Position numbers and translations under genes: made by a program | Part shown: piece after piece, positions 58,825 to 64,000 of the stretch | Layout of the letters: the number at the start of each line of letters is the position of its first letter | Position numbering within the stretch: the stretch's first letter is position 1 | Assembly: GCA_031426555.1 (NCBI GenBank) | Contig: JANPLN010000065.1 | Span: 1 to 64,000, forward strand | Direction of reading: 5' to 3' | DNA length: 64,000 nt | Origin: Bdellovibrionales bacterium | GTDB taxonomy: Bacteria; Bdellovibrionota; Bdellovibrionia; Bdellovibrionales; JAGQZY01 | Notes under the pieces: model-generated | What the model was told of the DNA's origin: nothing | The model's input: only the letters and a program-made list of their open reading frames with translations | The model's database searches: none

Positions 58825-59568
58825 ATGTTAAGGCCTGTAAAGTTATTTATCGCTGCATCTGTGCTTGGGCTTATAAGCTTGGCGGCTTATATTTTTTATT
58901 TCGATCAGACCGTCTTTGTGTTCCGCGATGTTCAGGTCACCGTGGTGGGCGAGCAGTGGCACGCAGAAATGCTTCGGCAAACGCAAACCAAATGGCTTGT
59001 ACGCTTTTTAACGCATAAAAATAAAAATCTTTGGCAAGTTCCCCTCGAAGAGATCAATCGCAGTATTCTGCAAGACCCCAGCGTGCAATCGGCCATCGTC
59101 GAAAGAGAGTGGCCAAACCGCGTGCAAGTGCGACTGCAGCTAAAGCCCGTGGTTCTGGTTTATTTTGAGGGTAAAAAGAGAGTGCGTGCCGTGACCGAGG
59201 ATGGATCCATTCTGCCTCCCATGGATTTAGTTTACGCGCCAGATGTGCCTTTTGTGCGAAATTCACTTTTCGTAAAAAACGAAGACGCGCGAAAAAAGAT
59301 AATTCAGCTTTATCTATTGGTGCCAAATGAAGGTGTGATTTCTAAACCCGAGGTTGCGGAGATCGACTGGAGCGTGTCGAGGGGTTTGGTTTTAGAAATG
59401 AGTCGCGGCGTGGAAGGCGAAATTGTTTTGGGTCACGGTGATGTTCATTTAAAAGCAAAACGTGTTGCAAACGTATTAAAATATTTAGAAAGTCAAAATC
59501 AAAAATGGCGCGTCATCGACGCGAGCTTTGCAAAAAAAGTTCTTGTCAGGCTGCGTAAGCATTCGTAG
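58825..59568 (+). CDS. ftsQ: Cell division protein FtsQ
   Basis: TM plus POTRA (NLWQV...VEREWPNRV); upstream of ftsA. Confidence 0.85.
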   Translation: MLRPVKLFIAASVLGLISLAAYIFYFDQTVFVFRDVQVTVVGEQWHAEMLRQTQTKWLVRFLTHKNKNLWQVPLEEINRSILQDPSVQSAIVEREWPNRVQVRLQLKPVVLVYFEGKKRVRAVTEDGSILPPMDLVYAPDVPFVRNSLFVKNEDARKKIIQLYLLVPNEGVISKPEVAEIDWSVSRGLVLEMSRGVEGEIVLGHGDVHLKAKRVANVLKYLESQNQKWRVIDASFAKKVLVRLRKHS

Positions 59569-59612
59569 GCTAAGGTATAGATGCCCTACTAACGGACAGT
59601 GTTGCCGTAATA

Positions 59613-60863
59613 GTGAGCATAAATCCAAGGATGCGGATGTCGAAAGAGAAAGTACAATATTATACAAGTCTTGAAGTGGGTTCATCCAAAGTCGTAATGG
59701 CTTTGGGGCGTGTTTCTGGCGAAAAATTGGAAATCGTTTCTGTAGTCCAACTTGCACACAAGGGTATTCATCAGGGGCAAATCATCGATGCCCGAGAAAT
59801 CACGACAGCCATTCACAAAATTAAAACCGAACTCGAGATTACTCACGAAATAGTCATCAAAGATGTTTACGCGTCCGTGGCGGATATCACTCTTGAAAGC
59901 ATGAATGCCAAAGGTGTGTTGTCGATTAAAAAAGTGGTGACGGCAAAAGACATTGAGCTGGTGAAAAAAGTGGGCGAGGACCTTGTTCCGTTGCGCAGCG
60001 ATCGCCAAATCCTGCACCATTCTCCGCACTTTTTTAAGATCGGTAGCCAAAAGCATTTCAAAGCACCGTTGGGTCAAAAAACAACGTCGCTCGAAGTGCA
60101 TTCGCAGTTGATTGTTGGCGCTAAAAAAATATTACAAACCATTCGCGACTGCGCTGCTCATTCCAATATCAATATCATCGAGTTTGTACCGCAGCCCGTG
60201 GCCTGCAGCGAAGTGCTATTAACTGCAGAAGATAAAGAAATGGGAATCGCCGTTATAGATATGGGCGGAGCCATGACCCAGTTGATCGTTTATAAAGAGA
60301 GCAAGATGGTTCTTTGCCAAACTTTACCGATTGGCGGCTCGCATTTTACGAACGATCTCGCTGTGGGACTTCGTACACCGCAAGCGTCTGCCGAAAAAAT
60401 CAAAAAGAACAACGGCGCAGCCCTTGTGGATTTAATCAGCGAAGACGAAAAAGTCGAAGTCGAATCCCTCAAGGGAGACGGGATGCAGGTTGTATCGGCA
60501 AAGCTTGTCGCAGAAATCCTAGAGGCCCGCTCAGAAGAAACTCTAGGTTTGATCTTACGCAAACTCAACGATGAGGGTTTGCTAAGTCATATCAAAGGGG
60601 GTCTCGTGCTCACCGGGGGCGGAAGTCAGCTTCCAGGATTGGCCGAGCTTGGCGAGTTTACCTTTGATATTCCCATCCGTCGTGGCGGGCTCAATAACGT
60701 TTTGTCTACAAATCCGCTGGCCCAAGGTCCTGCAATGTCTGTCACAGTGGGTCTTCTGCAGCACGCCAGAAATCGACAAAGTTTTGAAACCAGTGAGTTT
60801 TTGTCGGACACTTTTAAAGAAACTTTTAATCGAGTCAAAAATTATTTTGAGAATTTATTATAA
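59613..60863 (+). CDS. ftsA: Cell division protein FtsA
   Basis: [30 protein letters not shown]; true start may be 59631 or 59637. Confidence 0.95.
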   Translation: MSINPRMRMSKEKVQYYTSLEVGSSKVVMALGRVSGEKLEIVSVVQLAHKGIHQGQIIDAREITTAIHKIKTELEITHEIVIKDVYASVADITLESMNAKGVLSIKKVVTAKDIELVKKVGEDLVPLRSDRQILHHSPHFFKIGSQKHFKAPLGQKTTSLEVHSQLIVGAKKILQTIRDCAAHSNINIIEFVPQPVACSEVLLTAEDKEMGIAVIDMGGAMTQLIVYKESKMVLCQTLPIGGSHFTNDLAVGLRTPQASAEKIKKNNGAALVDLISEDEKVEVESLKGDGMQVVSAKLVAEILEARSEETLGLILRKLNDEGLLSHIKGGLVLTGGGSQLPGLAELGEFTFDIPIRRGGLNNVLSTNPLAQGPAMSVTVGLLQHARNRQSFETSEFLSDTFKETFNRVKNYFENLL

Positions 60864-60880
60864 GCAACAAAGGGGAACCT

Positions 60881-62428
60881 ATGTTTGAGTTAGAAGAGAA
60901 TGTAAATATTGGGGCGACGATCAAGGTTATTGGCGTTGGTGGAGGCGGAAACAACGCTGTAACAACAATGATCGAGGGTGGTCTCACAGGGGTGGAGTTC
61001 GTTGTTGCGAACACAGATCGTCAAGCTCTCGAGGCGCATAAAGCGCAAAATAAAATTCAGCTGGGTAAAGAGCTCACAAGAGGCCTCGGTGCCGGTGCCA
61101 ATCCCGAAGTTGGAAAGCGCGCAGCCATCGAGTCTTACAACGATATCGTTGAGTCCCTTGAAGGCGCGGACATGGTTTTTGTCACTGCCGGTATGGGCGG
61201 TGGAACAGGAACTGGCGGCGCTCCCATCGTAGCAAAGATCGCTAAAGAATTAGGCGCACTCACTATTGGTGTGGTGACAAAGCCGTTTAGCTTCGAAGGT
61301 AAAAAAAGAATGCGTCATGCCTTCGGCGGTTTAAATGAACTGCGCGAAAGTGTTGATACACTCATCGTGATTCCAAACCAAAAGCTATTGTCGATCTCTC
61401 ACGAAAAAACGTCGCTCTTGGATATGTTTCGCAAAGCCGATGAAGTTTTGCTTCAGGCCGTAAAAGGGATATCAGACCTCATTAACATTCGCGGTTTGAT
61501 CAACCTTGATTTTGCCGACATTCGTACGGTGATGTCCACGCAAGGCATGGCCATTATGGGAACAGGCGCAGCCACTGGCGAAAACCGCGCGGTGGAAGCT
61601 GCCACTGCAGCCATCTCCTCTCCGCTTCTCGAAAACATTTCGATTGATGGCGCCACCGGCATCATTATCAACGTCACTGGCGGAAGAGATTTAAGTTTGC
61701 ATGAAGTGAATGAAGCTTCGACTCTGATTACCGAAGCCGCCCATGAAGAAGCTGAAATTATTTTTGGTGCTGTGATCGATGAATCTCTGGGCGACGAAGT
61801 TCGCGTAACAGTTATTGCAACGGGTTTTGGCGTCGACCAAGTGAAGCTCGGCGTTCCTCAGCATTATTCGTATCAAGCGCAGCCGCAGCAGCCTGTATAT
61901 ATGACTCAGTCTCAGCAGCAGCCACCGCCGCAGTATTATCAACCGCAATATCAGCCGGTTCCCGCGCAGGCAATACCTCAGCAGCCATTGCCGCCAATTC
62001 CTCAACAACCAGTGTATCAGGCCGCAGTTCAGCAAGCGACAGTTCAGCAAGCGACTGTACAAGCTCCAACAATCGCGCCAGTGGTAGCAGCTCCGATGAT
62101 GCCGCCAACAGCACCTATGATTGAAGAGTTAGTAGCTCCAATCATCGACCCCGCACATCCACAGTACAATGCCGAAGCCGCAGCCCACGCGGCGGCTGCC
62201 AACTCTCGCGATATGCTGATCGCCAAAGCAAAAGCGTACCGCGAGCAGGCCCTCAAACAACGGGAGTTACCCACCGAACAGTTGAGCATGGAAATGAGTT
62301 TAGATCACAACGCCGCCGCGAAAGCAGCAGCTGCGGATCTTAGCTCTCCGTTTGATCAGTCCAATCTTGATGTTCCGACCTATCTTCGCCGCAAACAGCG
62401 CAATGAGGAGTCGCAGGACGGGATGTAA
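60881..62428 (+). CDS. ftsZ: Cell division GTPase FtsZ with long Q/P/A-rich linker
   Basis: [24 protein letters not shown]-terminal LDVPTYLR. Confidence 0.98.
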   Translation: MFELEENVNIGATIKVIGVGGGGNNAVTTMIEGGLTGVEFVVANTDRQALEAHKAQNKIQLGKELTRGLGAGANPEVGKRAAIESYNDIVESLEGADMVFVTAGMGGGTGTGGAPIVAKIAKELGALTIGVVTKPFSFEGKKRMRHAFGGLNELRESVDTLIVIPNQKLLSISHEKTSLLDMFRKADEVLLQAVKGISDLINIRGLINLDFADIRTVMSTQGMAIMGTGAATGENRAVEAATAAISSPLLENISIDGATGIIINVTGGRDLSLHEVNEASTLITEAAHEEAEIIFGAVIDESLGDEVRVTVIATGFGVDQVKLGVPQHYSYQAQPQQPVYMTQSQQQPPPQYYQPQYQPVPAQAIPQQPLPPIPQQPVYQAAVQQATVQQATVQAPTIAPVVAAPMMPPTAPMIEELVAPIIDPAHPQYNAEAAAHAAAANSRDMLIAKAKAYREQALKQRELPTEQLSMEMSLDHNAAAKAAAADLSSPFDQSNLDVPTYLRRKQRNEESQDGM

Positions 62429-63162
62429 TGAAAAGTTACTACTTTCTCTCAGATTTACATCTGAGAGATATGAACGACGACCCAGCGCAGACTCTTCTGC
62501 GCTTTTTTATTTCCCTCGAGCCCAAAGCCAAAGACTCCATCGTTTTTTTAGTGGGTGATATTTTTGATCTGTGGATTGGCAAACATCAGTATTTTATCCA
62601 AAAGTTCAAGCCGCTCATCGAAGTGATGCAAAAGCTCGTAACTCTGGGAGCAGAGATTCATTATTTTGAGGGCAATCACGATCTGCACCTAAAAAAATAC
62701 TGGCAAGATGATCTCAGTCTCATTGTACATAGCGACCCCGAGTACTTTCATCTGGACGACGAGATCGTGCGCATCGAGCACGGGGACCAAATGGATCCCG
62801 AGGACAAAGGCTATTTGTTTTTGCGGTGGCTTCTGCGAACTCCCGTTATGAAAGCTATCGCACTTTATCTTCCCGGTTTTTTTGTGGCCTGGCTTGGCAA
62901 GTCGATGAGCAAAACCAGCCGCGCCTACACCAACTCCCTGCGCGATCCGCAACGAATTTTAAAAACAATTCACACCCATGCACAAAAAGTTTTTGCTGTT
63001 CGACCCTTTCAGACCATCATCACGGGCCATGTGCATCTGCGCGACGAAACCACCTTTATCGTCAGCGGCCAAAAGATGACCAGTTACAACCTAGGCAGCT
63101 GGGATGACAGCTGTAAAGTTTTATCCAAGCAAGGCCGGCAGTGGAGCTGGCTGAATCTGTAA
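62428..63162 (+). CDS. lpxH: UDP-2,3-diacylglucosamine hydrolase-like metallophosphoesterase
   Basis: SDLH, GDIFD, GNHD, HGD, GHVH, NLGSW. Confidence 0.8.
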   Translation: MKSYYFLSDLHLRDMNDDPAQTLLRFFISLEPKAKDSIVFLVGDIFDLWIGKHQYFIQKFKPLIEVMQKLVTLGAEIHYFEGNHDLHLKKYWQDDLSLIVHSDPEYFHLDDEIVRIEHGDQMDPEDKGYLFLRWLLRTPVMKAIALYLPGFFVAWLGKSMSKTSRAYTNSLRDPQRILKTIHTHAQKVFAVRPFQTIITGHVHLRDETTFIVSGQKMTSYNLGSWDDSCKVLSKQGRQWSWLNL

Positions 63163-63188
63163 AAACAGGAGAAAAATGGGAGGCAATC

Positions 63189-63554
63189 ATGAGTGAATAT
63201 TCTTTTCAAATCGCTGGGGCGTTGACTGTTTTTTTTGTGGGTCTTTTGAGTTGGGTTTTGATCATTTATTTAAATTATCGGCTGAGCAAACGAGTGTGGT
63301 CGTTGGTGATGGGTAAAACGGCTCTGGTATTTCTATTTACTGGTGTGCTTTCCGTTGTTTTTGCGTGCATCCAGCTTTTTGTTTTAAACTTTGTGGCCGA
63401 TTTATTCACCGGCTTTGGTTTAGGCTATGCTGTGGGCTTTGGTGCTAGCGCCTGCGCCCTGGGCGCAGTGGGCTCGGCTTTAATTTCCACCTATCTTATT
63501 AGGAACGCGCATCGCTCAAAAGTTGCTTCGCATGGGCAAGGCTCGTCGAGCTGA
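63189..63554 (+). CDS. Small three-TM membrane protein
   Basis: GGAGG RBS before MSEYS; three hydrophobic helices; overlaps recN 3' end. Confidence 0.6.
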   Translation: MSEYSFQIAGALTVFFVGLLSWVLIIYLNYRLSKRVWSLVMGKTALVFLFTGVLSVVFACIQLFVLNFVADLFTGFGLGYAVGFGASACALGAVGSALISTYLIRNAHRSKVASHGQGSSS

Positions 63555-64000
63555 GTTTTTCTCCCGAGATGAGGCGCGCGATTTCTTCCACCCGCTCTTT
63601 GCCGGTCAAGGCAACGGCCGTCATGTTCATTTGGCCTTTGACCGATTTTTTCGAAATAAAATAATGTTGATCGGCAAACGACGCCACTTGCGGCAAATGG
63701 GTGATGCAAATCACTTGCTGGCCATGGGCAATTTCCTTAAGCTTCTTGCCAACTTTTTGCGCCGTCGGGCCACTAACTCCCGTGTCCACTTCGTCAAACA
63801 GATATGTGCGAGGGGAATCGATTTCACCCACAGCTACTTTTAGCGAAAGAAGAATTCGACTGAGCTCTCCACCGCTGGCTGATTTTTGCAGCGGGCGCTG
63901 TTCGCCCTTGGGTCCGTTCTGAATGGCAAACATCACAGAGTCCAGGCCCGTGGCATTCACCGGCGCCGTTTCGATGCTGATCGAAAACAGAACGCCCTTC
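63499..64000 (-). CDS. recN: DNA repair protein RecN, C-terminal part (runs off window)
   Basis: SGGELSR, FDEVDTGVSG, ITHLPQVA, ERVEEIARL. Confidence 0.95.
   Translation of the reverse strand, partial: KGVLFSISIETAPVNATGLDSVMFAIQNGPKGEQRPLQKSASGGELSRILLSLKVAVGEIDSPRTYLFDEVDTGVSGPTAQKVGKKLKEIAHGQQVICITHLPQVASFADQHYFISKKSVKGQMNMTAVALTGKERVEEIARLISGEKLSSTSLAHAKQLLSDARS

Noticed and set aside
61691..62289. Antisense ORFs over the ftsZ linker
   Set aside because: Shadow ORFs of low-complexity coding sequence.

Overview
Bacterial chromosomal window. Gene content and style (many small secreted or lipoprotein hypotheticals, secreted proteases, extended LspA, long-linker FtsZ) suggest a Bdellovibrionota-like predator; this is inference only. 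The backbone is housekeeping: rluB-type synthase, ptrB, dsbD, lspA, dacB, hpt, upp, a dcw cluster (rsmH-ftsL-ftsI, murE-F-mraY-murD, ftsW-murG-C-B, ftsQ-A-Z) interrupted by three accessory blocks, lpxH and partial recN. The most striking signal is a family of five intergenic fold-back elements (137-172 bp). Each has a conserved, covarying 49-50 nt core between long inverted arms (44-61 bp); arm sequence differs between copies, yet each copy stays self-complementary. No transposase is present. Also notable: a 1468-aa SF2 helicase with an apparent signal peptide and C-terminal CxxLF, a small secreted toxin-like protein, a secreted transglutaminase-like giant, a DEDDh exonuclease-WYL fusion, a TetR-linked furan/cyclopropane fatty-acid-like cluster bracketed by two repeat copies, and a possibly frameshifted padR operon. 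No rRNA, tRNA or CRISPR array was seen.
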